Shown piece by piece: positions 48,601 to 56,941 of a stretch of 64,000 bases of DNA. The stretch is taken from the NCBI GenBank assembly GCA_028711705.1, contig JAQTRS010000002.1:9617-73616 (forward strand), given 5' to 3'. The position numbers were made by a program, and so were the translations under genes. Numbering within the stretch: position 1 is the stretch's first letter; each line of letters begins with the position of its first letter. The notes beneath the pieces are model-generated. The model did not search any database. It was not told the origin of the DNA and saw only the letters and a list, made by a program, of their open reading frames with translations. Origin of the DNA: Candidatus Moraniibacteriota bacterium. Lineage in GTDB: Bacteria; Patescibacteriota; Minisyncoccia; Moranbacterales; UBA1568.

Positions 48601-49346
48601 TACAGCGAAAAAGACACTCTCTCTTGATCATGCAGAATCCGATAGGCTTTTTGATATGGCAAAATCGACTGCAATAGCTCTTTATGCTCCGCCCAAGCAG
48701 AGGCAAAATTCGGCATACGAACAAACAATTTCAAACCAACATCCGCAACATCATCCGCTAAAGATATCGACTGTAACGTTTTTCTCGGTTCATCCAAACT
48801 CAATGGGACAGGTAAAAAATCGCCCACTCGTAATTCATCGGTTGAACAAAGAACTGTTTTCCCTTTGCGCACCACATAAAAATTGTGATCCTGAGTCACT
48901 GTTACTTCCCTTCCACAGCTTGTCCTTATGACAGAAAGCTCTTTGGGTGACGCATGTCGTGTGAATTGATTTATAGGCTTCCATGAAACCATTTTTGTCT
49001 GAGAATCGATACTATATGCCTCATACTCTCGGTATCGCGAAGGTAAATCATTCACTTCAAGCAACTCCGTATCATCAATATTTTTTATTTTTCCCGGAAA
49101 GATACTCAGGAGTTCGTCTATAAGACTTCCTATACTTACACATGACACCTTGCCATTCCTTCTTATCAACACAGGCGTGGCACCAGTTACACTTTTCCCT
49201 GTACCCGTGGCTCCCAAGAGGGTCTGTTTTTTCATGCCGCCCCGAATACCCGAAACCAGCGCTTCGATCGCCTGCGGTTGGTCCCCTGCTGGCTGATACG
49301 AACTTCTGAGAGTGAAAGGGTTGCTGCGGGGTGTTGACATTTCCAT
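45693..49346 (-). CDS. uvrB: Excinuclease ABC subunit B precursor containing an intein (679-aa extein)
   Basis: PAGDQP, GATGTGK|TFTMA, HNKTLAAQL, YYDYYQPEAY, DESH, LLREGLD, QIIGRAAR, LDFETAA. Confidence 0.96.
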   Translation of the reverse strand: MEMSTPRSNPFTLRSSYQPAGDQPQAIEALVSGIRGGMKKQTLLGATGTGKSVTGATPVLIRRNGKVSCVSIGSLIDELLSIFPGKIKNIDDTELLEVNDLPSRYREYEAYSIDSQTKMVSWKPINQFTRHASPKELSVIRTSCGREVTVTQDHNFYVVRKGKTVLCSTDELRVGDFLPVPLSLDEPRKTLQSISLADDVADVGLKLFVRMPNFASAWAEHKELLQSILPYQKAYRILHDQERVSFSLYKKIITAVPMLSQQAVFGVVSRGYEHTLEIPVTEELMRLIGYYIAEGHGADGFFMFSSGDREAVDDFSSICVHLGLRYRLRPGTYDYQVSSTVWTEWLKYWCGNTSRMKRLPSFWAQLSNNHLRHILKAYFSGDGGIDSGAITCVTVSKGLASDLLYALSRFGIVARMKKRSVKIPNQDNRTDCWKVFISGKEYLEIFQENIGFSITRKNDSLRATIAPFGNTNVNLIPIDGKQIKDIRQKLGLWQKDFISGRSHMGLIESGKRLPSRNCFEGIIKTLFKAAKKIGLADVSAIEKQAYLLNSYWTPIEKIEMISGEKYVYDFSIDQNETFLAGFGGIFVHNTFTMAQVIQNIQQPTLVIAHNKTLAAQLAQEFQEFFPDNAVHYFVSYYDYYQPEAYMPITDTYIEKDAQINEEIDRLRHASTQSLLTRRDVIIVASVSCIYGLGSPEEYQKEHVILKKGDRILRPEFLRRLIGIFFERTNADLTPGTFRSLGNRVDIMPVQERVMYSLDISGGEVRSITGIDPVSQKITGEMDSMFLFPAKHFVSDKEQQLRALQTIRAELEEQLAELNKQGKLLEADRLKRRTQYDLAMIEEIGYCSGIENYSRHFSGKKPGEAPDSLLEYFPKKADGAPDFLTLIDESHVTLPQLRAMYAGDQARKGTLIDFGFRLPSALDNRPMRYEEFEQRVGQTIYVSATPSVYEREVSEQVVQQVIRPTGLIDPEVTVRPVREAGNYPGQIWHFIGEAKKDIQKGGRVLATTLTKKMAEDLTTYLKEQKVKAEYLHSDVKTIDRIRILTSFRKGEFDCLVGVNLLREGLDLPEVTFIGILDADKEGFLRSETSLIQIIGRAARNVFGRVNVYADTMTGSLERAISETDRRRAIQIAYNEAHGITPQTISKKIHDITEAFESEHQKAVSANILIDEQVFVKNPEKLIKLKEKQMKLAVKELDFETAAILRDEIIILKEKFELM
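47580..49193 (-). mobile_element. Intein (538 aa) with LAGLIDADG homing endonuclease and HTH insert
   Basis: Starts SVTGAT after Walker A Lys; block B VTQDHNF; LIGYYIAEG and LKAYFSGDG; VYDFSI; ends VHN before Thr; more AT-rich than the C-extein. Confidence 0.93.
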
Positions 49347-49463
49347 ATATACACGATACTATGATTCTTCCATTGAGCATAGCAGAAATCTGCCTTCGTT
49401 TCAAGGAAACACCTCTCTCTGAAAGATATCCTCCCACCTTCACAATTTACACAGGAGCAACAC

Positions 49464-49850
49464 ATGGACCTTCCCGACATAGACCTTCCCGTAAACCTAC
49501 CGAAAGACTACCGCGAGAAACATGATCAGCTGGTCAAACAAATTGTCACGCTGCTCCAAGGAAAGGATCGCGTCGTCTTTGAAATATTTTCCATCAATCA
49601 AGACGCTCCTATAGGCTGGCTCAGGATCGATATTCCCGATGAGCAGCCCGATACAAGGGAAAATGCTCCATCGACACGCTTTGGTGCAATTACGGTTCGC
49701 AGCACGACCATAGCATGGCAAAGTACCGGTCTATCCTGGCTGATACCGATCGATAATACCGGCGAAATATCTGAAAATGACAGTGCTCACACCATCGTCC
49801 TCACTCATGGAGATGTAGTGATAAAGATCACCGTCCCCAAACAAGGCTGA
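49464..49850 (+). CDS. Hypothetical protein
   Basis: SD CAGGAG, CCTTCACAA motif upstream, terminator at 49885-49920. Confidence 0.7.
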   Translation: MDLPDIDLPVNLPKDYREKHDQLVKQIVTLLQGKDRVVFEIFSINQDAPIGWLRIDIPDEQPDTRENAPSTRFGAITVRSTTIAWQSTGLSWLIPIDNTGEISENDSAHTIVLTHGDVVIKITVPKQG

Positions 49851-50008
49851 CGGCAATACTCGCTCCTCAAAAACGCCACCTCTACCCCTCACATGCAATA
49901 CTTCGTGAGGGGATTTTTTTACCCGAAACATCTCTTGTTTCTTTCCACTCTTTTTGTCGTAGTGTGCTTCATTAGAGCCTTGATTCCTCTCTTGTGTACC
50001 GAGAATCA

Positions 50009-50122
50009 TTGACAAATCGCAAAAAACGGAGTATAATCGAGCTAATTCTTGGGATGGAGCATTCCTTCATCGATAAGAGATAGTTCACTCACAAATACAT
50101 CTACTATAAAAGGAGGGATGTC
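50009..50122 (+). repeat. Leader repeat B copy 1 (promoter, long hairpin, CACAA motif, SD)
   Basis: TTGACA-17-TATAAT; GGAGTATA.TCGAGCTAAT..CTT..GATGG..CATC..GATAAG shared with 52234-52350. Confidence 0.8.
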
Positions 50123-50596
50123 ATGAAAAATCCACTGCATAACAACAAAGGGCATTCGTCCGAACATGAGAATATAGACAGCAGACTCTATCCCGGCATA
50201 GTTGCGCACGAGATAGCAGCCTGCCTTGCTCATAACAACGACTGCACGGAAGATATCAAAGCGTGGCGAGATACGGCCGACAGAATCAGATGGGAACGCT
50301 TAAAACAACTCCATCCCGGACTCATTCGGGCCATCGTGATAAAAGTGTACGACCATAAACATGGTCATATCTTTATCCAAGCAATGCTGGATTGCAATGT
50401 ACTGCACCACAGTGATATAGAGATGATCTCTATAGACTGCACATACATTCATCCGACGCTCGTGGAACTTCTGGTATCGAAGGTTCTCGAGATCGGAAAT
50501 CAATTCCAGCATCCGAAAGAAATGGTTGATGAAGTTGTTACAAATCTCAGAGCACCAAGGGAACAATTCCACCCAATGGAAGCCGAACCCATTTAA
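50123..50596 (+). CDS. Hypothetical protein, single copy of a helical repeat shared with 52351-53208
   Basis: SD AAGGAGG; W...AD...W..L...LI..I....HK.G pattern; terminator at 50635-50670. Confidence 0.75.
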   Translation: MKNPLHNNKGHSSEHENIDSRLYPGIVAHEIAACLAHNNDCTEDIKAWRDTADRIRWERLKQLHPGLIRAIVIKVYDHKHGHIFIQAMLDCNVLHHSDIEMISIDCTYIHPTLVELLVSKVLEIGNQFQHPKEMVDEVVTNLRAPREQFHPMEAEPI

Positions 50597-50777
50597 AAAA
50601 ATCAGCGTGTATCGGCGATAACCGTCGCCGCATTAAAACCTGCGAAAGCATTCACTGCTTAGCAGGTTTTTAATTTTTCAAAAACGTTTTCCGAACTGTG
50701 GTATAATGGCGCATATAGAGCTTTCATGCGCGCATCAATTTCATATCCGATGTAATCTCCTTTAAGCACACGCCTCT

Positions 50778-52196
50778 ATGCGAACACATTCCATGCTGGA
50801 GCACGCCTTCGAGCCCCAAAGCACCCTTCCTCCGAAGGAGACGAAGGAGGCCCTGACTGAAAAAGCCGAAAAAGAGCCCTCGGATATACTCACCTTGCGC
50901 AAGCGCGTCATCCGGGCGGCGGACAAGCTTCAATATATCGCCCGCATCCTGCGCGTTTACGAAACAAAGGAACAGCAGCAAGTGGCGCAGAAACGATCGG
51001 ACCTCAACTCCCGATTGATCGGTGCCTATATACACAGGAACTCCGTGCTCTACAATGAGGCCCTTTTCAAAACGGTCGACGCGGACAAGGAACTGCAAAA
51101 TATCATCGCTTTCGAACAAGAGATTGACGCACTGGAACAAGAGACGCTTCAGGTCGATGATACCATTGATGCGCGGCAAGACGAACTCCGCAGGCAGCAC
51201 CCGGAAGGCATGTTAGCTTCCGAATCGCGACTATTCGATACGCCGGCATTCGAGCACGACCCTGCTTTTGTCGGCATAAGCTCGTTTGCAAGCGAAGATC
51301 ACCCGAAGCTCAACGAGGATAGGATCGCGCAGATCGGCCCCGATGCCTATGTCGTCTTGGACGGTATGGGCGGACATGAAGGCGGAGATATCGCCGCGGC
51401 GGCCGCACTCAAGGTTGTTCATCGTACGATTCACAGGGAACTTTTCACAAAATCGTCCCCGACACTGGAAGAGGTCGAGCATGCCATACGAAACGCCATC
51501 GCAAGCGCGGACGCATGGATAATCGCCTACAATACATCGCGCATCGAAACGCAAAAACAAGAAGCGGCACAGCATGGCGAAATCCTTTCCGAAGAAGCGA
51601 TCCAAAAAATGCGTATCGGGACGACCGTCGTGCTTTCGATCATCCACACCGCGGAAAACGGAACGAAAACCCTTGTCACCGGAAGCGTCGGCGATAGCAT
51701 GGTCGCCCTCTACGCAAACGGAAGACTCGACTGCCTCACCCTCGAAGACGGTCAGCTGCTCAAATTGGCCGACGGCGATCGGGATGTGGCACGAAAACTC
51801 CAGAGTCTCTTGGCCGATTCCGAAAACGTGGCGGATTTCACACAGAGATTACATCAGGCAGGACTTTCTTTTGATGACGAAATGATCCAAACGGTCTTCT
51901 CAAACAGCAGTATGGTCAATCAGATGCTCGGACACGGCCGTAGCGAAGATGGTCGCGTCATGCCAGATATCATAACCAAGCGGCTTCAAGGAAATGAATC
52001 GCTACTTCTATGTACGGACGGCGTGCACGGTACGGGCGAAAAACTGCGTACCTCCGAAATGGAGCATATCCTTGCAGAACATGAGACTCCTCAGGAACAG
52101 AGCGATGCGCTCTGTCAGAGGGCCCGCGCGATACAAGACGGTGACCGAGGCAAAACCGATGATGCGAGCGCGCTGCTGGTAAAACTATCCGCATAA
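50778..52196 (+). CDS. PP2C/PPM-family Ser/Thr phosphatase with N-terminal coiled coil
   Basis: NED, LDGMGGH, GTT, VGDS, LCTDG, DDAS motifs. Confidence 0.88.
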   Translation: MRTHSMLEHAFEPQSTLPPKETKEALTEKAEKEPSDILTLRKRVIRAADKLQYIARILRVYETKEQQQVAQKRSDLNSRLIGAYIHRNSVLYNEALFKTVDADKELQNIIAFEQEIDALEQETLQVDDTIDARQDELRRQHPEGMLASESRLFDTPAFEHDPAFVGISSFASEDHPKLNEDRIAQIGPDAYVVLDGMGGHEGGDIAAAAALKVVHRTIHRELFTKSSPTLEEVEHAIRNAIASADAWIIAYNTSRIETQKQEAAQHGEILSEEAIQKMRIGTTVVLSIIHTAENGTKTLVTGSVGDSMVALYANGRLDCLTLEDGQLLKLADGDRDVARKLQSLLADSENVADFTQRLHQAGLSFDDEMIQTVFSNSSMVNQMLGHGRSEDGRVMPDIITKRLQGNESLLLCTDGVHGTGEKLRTSEMEHILAEHETPQEQSDALCQRARAIQDGDRGKTDDASALLVKLSA

Positions 52197-52233
52197 CTGA
52201 TTTCGGCTCCACAAAGCTCTTGACAAAACCCTC

Positions 52234-52350
52234 TTGACAATGTCTGCCAAAGGAGTATACTCGAGCTAATCTTAAAGATGGTGTAAATATTTCGCCATCT
52301 CCAGGGGATAAGATACCCTTAACAAACACACAGCTTACAGGAGATGTGTC
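52234..52350 (+). repeat. Leader repeat B copy 2
   Basis: TTGACA-16-TATACT; AGATGGTG/CGCCATCT stem; CCCTTAACAA; CAGGAG..TGTCATG. Confidence 0.8.
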
Positions 52351-53208
52351 ATGACAACAATACAAGGGTCTTCAGTCGCCTTAGAAAAAAGTACTGAAAA
52401 CCGTAGCGAGTTTCTGGAACAGCTGAAACTCTCCCTACAATTAAAAAACGATGTGATCGAAGCCGTAAGTATTCTGTTGCATATCGACGAATTGACAGAA
52501 GAAAGCTGGCAAGAAGTCATCGACCATTTCGGTTGGAAAGATAAGGCGCAGGAACATATCCTGCTCATACACCTGATCGAGATGGTACAGAGCCACAAGA
52601 ACGGGGCCCTGCTGGTCGACAAGATCTTGTCTTTGGATAGCTTCTATTACGAGCATTTCAAAGAAGTGCTCAAGAAACTTTCAGGTGCCAATCTTGGTGT
52701 CATCGATAAGTTGGTCAAAAAAATACGGCATATCGGGGCCGCGTATAATGATGCGAAATGGGAGCCGTTGGCAACCGAATTCATCGCTATCGCAACAGGC
52801 ATGCTGAGTAAAAGCAATGATCTGTCTTACTGGTACGCGGTGGCCGATACGACCGATTTCAGATCTCTGGATTATGGATTCGTTCGAGATATCGCGTTTT
52901 TCGCAAGTAACCATAACTATGGTTATATCTTATTGGAAAAGCTTGTTTCGATCAAAATCCTGCATCTTAAGGACTTGATCGTCATAGCCAAGGCAATCAA
53001 AACGTCGGCTCATCCCATGGAAATTTCGTTCAAAATAGCGATATGGGAAGCAGTGAGGTTCTGCGGACGTAGAGATGGACACGCTCTTATCAACGAGGTC
53101 TATCCTCCAGTGTGCTATCCTAGTGTAAATTCTCATGAGTCATATCATAGACTCATAGCCATCGATCAGCCGAAATTTTCCACACCGACATGGACGCTGA
53201 TCGCATAG
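52351..53208 (+). CDS. Hypothetical protein with two internal helical repeats
   Basis: SWQEVID..HKNG and YWYAVAD..HNYG units; terminator at 53251-53299. Confidence 0.75.
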   Translation: MTTIQGSSVALEKSTENRSEFLEQLKLSLQLKNDVIEAVSILLHIDELTEESWQEVIDHFGWKDKAQEHILLIHLIEMVQSHKNGALLVDKILSLDSFYYEHFKEVLKKLSGANLGVIDKLVKKIRHIGAAYNDAKWEPLATEFIAIATGMLSKSNDLSYWYAVADTTDFRSLDYGFVRDIAFFASNHNYGYILLEKLVSIKILHLKDLIVIAKAIKTSAHPMEISFKIAIWEAVRFCGRRDGHALINEVYPPVCYPSVNSHESYHRLIAIDQPKFSTPTWTLIA

Positions 53209-53347
53209 TCTTATCAAAGCGCTTTGCAAACCATGCAAAGCCCATACAGTAAAAACCCTCCCGCGCGCACAAGGCTGTGTCAGGGAGGGTTCTTTTTTTG
53301 TCCTTCTTAGGGTACAATAAGGTATAAACCCTTGTGATACCACCCGT

Positions 53348-54517
53348 ATGCGCATATCCTACTCCTCGCTCGAGACCTATCGCAACTGCCCGCTTAAATA
53401 CCGGTACAAGGAAATAGACAAGCTCAAAGAACCAAAATCCAAAGAGGCTGTCTTCGGGACGCTGGTGCACAGTACGATGAAATTCATCTACGACCCGGCC
53501 CTGATCCCGCCCACTATCGAGCAGGCTCTCGATCATTTTTCGCGCGGATGGAATAGCGAGATCTGGGAAAACGAACTCGAGGAACGTGCCGCCTTCTCAC
53601 AGGGTATCGAGATGATACAGAAATACTACCGTTCCAATGACCCTCGCGAAGCTACCATCGTCGCACTCGAAAGCAATTTCTCGCTCGAGATTTCCGATCC
53701 CCTGCACCCGAGAGAAACGCACACCATCCGCGGCATCATCGACCGCATCGACAAGACCGAGGACGGCTATGAAATTATCGATTACAAAACTTCCAAAAAA
53801 ATGCCGTCGCAGGATTTCGTCGATAATAACCTGCAGCTCTCCATCTATCTTAAGGCCTTCCTTACCCGTTATCCCAAGGAAGTGGAGAATATAGCCAATA
53901 TCACCGTAAGCCTGTATTTCCTCAAACACGGGGTCAAGCTTTCCTCCACACGCACGCTCGAGGACCTGCAGGAAGTGGACAATCTGTTCCTTGAAGTCAT
54001 CGGCCTCATCGAAGCCGGGGAGTTTGACGCGCATGTCTCACCACTATGCGATTGGTGCGGTTTTCAGAAAGTCTGTCCGATGTGGAAGCACAAGTTCAAG
54101 GAAGAACGCAAGATCGATTCCACCGAAATCAATCGGGCCATCGAGGACTATATCGCCACTAAACGCGAGTTGACGCTGCAAAAGCTGCGTGTCATGAAGC
54201 TCCAGGAAACCATCATGAACTATATGGACCAAGAGGATGTGGAGCGCGTCTTCGGCGGCGATGGCATCGTCGAACGAGCCAAACGCATTTCCTACAAATA
54301 TGATCCGGAGAAAATCCGCTCTTTCCTTGAGCCGATGGAAAAATGGGAAAGCGTCCTGAAGCTCGACCCGACCGCGCTCAAAAGGACGCTCGCCTCTTTC
54401 CCGAAGGACATGCAAAAAGAAATAGACTCGGCCTCGAAGATTATCGATAAGGAAAGCACGAGTCTTAAGGTAAAAAAAGGCGGCATGAGCACAGAGGAAG
54501 ATGGCGGGCTGGAATAA
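53348..54517 (+). CDS. PD-(D/E)XK (RecB/AddB-like) nuclease with four-Cys motif and C-terminal helical extension
   Basis: SYSS...CP..Y, GTLVH, GIIDRID, IIDYKT, QLSIY, CDWC..VCP. Confidence 0.88.
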   Translation: MRISYSSLETYRNCPLKYRYKEIDKLKEPKSKEAVFGTLVHSTMKFIYDPALIPPTIEQALDHFSRGWNSEIWENELEERAAFSQGIEMIQKYYRSNDPREATIVALESNFSLEISDPLHPRETHTIRGIIDRIDKTEDGYEIIDYKTSKKMPSQDFVDNNLQLSIYLKAFLTRYPKEVENIANITVSLYFLKHGVKLSSTRTLEDLQEVDNLFLEVIGLIEAGEFDAHVSPLCDWCGFQKVCPMWKHKFKEERKIDSTEINRAIEDYIATKRELTLQKLRVMKLQETIMNYMDQEDVERVFGGDGIVERAKRISYKYDPEKIRSFLEPMEKWESVLKLDPTALKRTLASFPKDMQKEIDSASKIIDKESTSLKVKKGGMSTEEDGGLE

Positions 54518-54523
54518 TACGGC

Positions 54524-55165
54524 CTACTCCCTCTCCTGTTTCTTTTTCCGCACCAGCCAATAGATGAGGCCGACGGAAACGATCACGAATACCGCGCCGA
54601 TCCAAAAGTGAGCATTGTGTATTTTGCGCACAAAAAAACCGACGGCCCGCATCCCGCCATAGCCGACATAGAGATAGATGAGGTTTTTCACGATAGTACC
54701 CAAAAACGTCGCGCTGATGAAGGTTCTCATATTGAGGCGGATAATGCCGCAGACGATCGAAACGGAAACGCTCGGGAAAATCGGGATGGATCGCAAAACG
54801 AAAAGCGCGACCTCATCTCCCCATCCCCCATTGAATCGCTTGCCGAGATTCTCCACATCCTTGTGATTGATACCGACGAATTTTCCGAATCTGACTACGA
54901 CGATATCTTCGAACTTATCGCCCAAAACATAGAACACCCAAGAAGCGATCGTCTTGCCGATCGCGCCGACGATGGCGATCCACAACAAAAACAGCCAGGT
55001 GTGATGCTGCGTCAAAGACAGGGATCCGGCCGTCGTCATGATGAGCGGCGCTGGGATGGGAGGGATGATTTCCTCCAGAAAAGAACCCAAAAATGCGAAA
55101 ACATCCAGCGGCAACGCATTGGCGGAAGTCTTGACGATCGCTTCGATTTGACGGAATGAATACAT
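54524..55165 (-). CDS. DedA/VTT-family membrane protein
   Basis: EEIIPPIPA, LRSIP, hydrophobic helices; start reassigned to MYSFR. Confidence 0.85.
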   Translation of the reverse strand: MYSFRQIEAIVKTSANALPLDVFAFLGSFLEEIIPPIPAPLIMTTAGSLSLTQHHTWLFLLWIAIVGAIGKTIASWVFYVLGDKFEDIVVVRFGKFVGINHKDVENLGKRFNGGWGDEVALFVLRSIPIFPSVSVSIVCGIIRLNMRTFISATFLGTIVKNLIYLYVGYGGMRAVGFFVRKIHNAHFWIGAVFVIVSVGLIYWLVRKKKQERE

Positions 55166-55368
55166 AGTTTCGGAAGAATCAAGATGGGAGGCTTGACAGG
55201 GTGTGCACAAGTGCTTTTGCCAAACAAAACCCAGGCGCACTTTACAGATTCATGCTTCTTCAGTCTAGAGTCTCTGCGGTGTCCCGTCAACCGGATATGA
55301 CGATCGCCTTGAATCGGAGTGCTTGTTTTGCTATACTGAACAGGCGAATAAAAACTAAGCGTAACACT

Positions 55369-56121
55369 ATGAACATGAAACTCCTCGCCACGGCGGCGGC
55401 AGTGCTCCTGCTTTCCGGATGCTCGCAAGAGGCGGCCACACCGCAAAAAACGACCCCAGAAGCGGACAGCGCCGTTTCCAAGGCGATAGACACGGTCGGA
55501 AAATCACGCGAGACCGTCGACGACGCGACCGCCAAGAAAAATGCCGAACTCGCGCAGGGCATGCCAGAAGAGGCCATCCCAACGAAAGACACTAAATCAT
55601 CTAACACCTCTACCGATATGCAACACGTAAACCAATACGACGGAGCTACCCTCCACACCAGCCAAGGCGACATCACCGTGAAGTTCTATAACGACGCCTC
55701 TCCTATCACCGTCAATAACTTCCTCAAGCTCGCTAGCGACAAGTTCTATGACGGTACGCGCTTCCATCGAGTCATCAAGGATTTCATGATCCAAGGCGGC
55801 GACCCGAATTCCAAAGATGCGGACTGGTCCAATGACGGCACCGGCGGACCCGGATATGCCTTCGCCGATGAGTTCAACAAGCACGCCCTCGTGAAAGGCT
55901 CCCTCGCCATGGCGAACTCGGGACCCAACACCAACGGATCACAGTTCTTCATTGTCACCGCCGCTTCCACGCCATGGCTCGATGGCAAGCACACGAATTT
56001 CGGAGAAGTGACCGGCGGCATGGACGTCGTCAGCGCGATCGAAGATGCGAAAGTGAACGCCAACGATCATCCATTGACGGATATCACCATCAAAAGCATC
56101 GACCTTATCAAGAAAAAATAA
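55369..56121 (+). CDS. Cyclophilin-type peptidyl-prolyl isomerase, lipoprotein
   Basis: Lipobox LLSGC; FHRVIKDFMIQGGDP, MANSGPNTNGSQFFI, WLDGKH. Confidence 0.93.
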   Translation: MNMKLLATAAAVLLLSGCSQEAATPQKTTPEADSAVSKAIDTVGKSRETVDDATAKKNAELAQGMPEEAIPTKDTKSSNTSTDMQHVNQYDGATLHTSQGDITVKFYNDASPITVNNFLKLASDKFYDGTRFHRVIKDFMIQGGDPNSKDADWSNDGTGGPGYAFADEFNKHALVKGSLAMANSGPNTNGSQFFIVTAASTPWLDGKHTNFGEVTGGMDVVSAIEDAKVNANDHPLTDITIKSIDLIKKK

Positions 56122-56144
56122 ACCCTCGGTTTCTTTCATCACAC

Positions 56145-56172
56145 AAAAGCTCCCTTAAAAGAGGGAGCTTTT
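56145..56172. terminator. Bidirectional terminator
   Basis: AAAAGCTCCCT-taaaag-AGGGAGCTTTT. Confidence 0.85.
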
Positions 56173-56254
56173 TGAAACGGATTCCCACCCTATCGGGAAA
56201 TCCGACATCTATCGCTGCAGGAGATAGAAGACCTAAACAATCTTTACGCATACT

Positions 56255-56851
56255 CTACACGCATTGTTGCTGTGCGGCGATACCATCCATGAGTGCCAGA
56301 AGTTCCTCGCGGCCCTGTTTCGTCTTGGCGGAATAGGGAATCAGATCGCTCGGCCCGACCACTTTCCTGATGAGGCTCATCTGTTTCTGGACGGATGTCT
56401 TACCGGATTTGTCGACCTTGTTCGCGACGAGTATCACCTTCCTGCCGAGCGCATGCAGCAGCTCGAGCACCTCGAAGTCACTCTCCTTGAGCCCGACATT
56501 CACGTCGATGATAAGCACGACCGCATCGATACGGACCTCGGAAGAACCCAGATACCATGCCAAGAGCTTCTGAATCTTGACGCGCTGCCGAAGCGGGACC
56601 TTGGCATAGCCATAGCCGGGAAGGTCGGCAAAATAGAACTTATCGTTGATACAGAAATAGTTGATCTGTTGGGTGCGTCCCGGGGTCGAGCTTGAACGCA
56701 CCAGATCCTTGCGGTTGACCAGAGAATTGATCACGCTGGACTTCCCCACATTGGAGCGGCCGACGAAGGCGAAGGTCGGCTTGTCGGTATCGCCGGAAAT
56801 ATCCGTCGTCCCGATAATGCCTTTCACGAATTGTGCGCTGCGTATGATCAT
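56255..56851 (-). CDS. engB: Ribosome biogenesis GTPase EngB/YihA
   Basis: GRSNVGKSS, PGRT, DLPGYG, NKVD, SAK. Confidence 0.95.
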   Translation of the reverse strand: MIIRSAQFVKGIIGTTDISGDTDKPTFAFVGRSNVGKSSVINSLVNRKDLVRSSSTPGRTQQINYFCINDKFYFADLPGYGYAKVPLRQRVKIQKLLAWYLGSSEVRIDAVVLIIDVNVGLKESDFEVLELLHALGRKVILVANKVDKSGKTSVQKQMSLIRKVVGPSDLIPYSAKTKQGREELLALMDGIAAQQQCV

Positions 56852-56941
56852 CGCTGTGCCTGGTTATGATTACCCTCAAGGAAACGTTTCGTGTATCCTA
56901 CCACGATACGCCGTTCGCATCAAGGCTCTACCCTCTTCTCA

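Noticed and set aside
53348-54517. Possible Cas4 / CRISPR locus
   Set aside because: No repeat-spacer array or other cas gene was seen in the window
55190-55292. Imperfect inverted repeat TTGACAGGG...CCCGTCAA suggesting a MITE
   Set aside because: The right arm is the -35 of a minus-strand promoter (TTGACG-17-TAGACT) for dedA; no second copy or target-site duplication was seen
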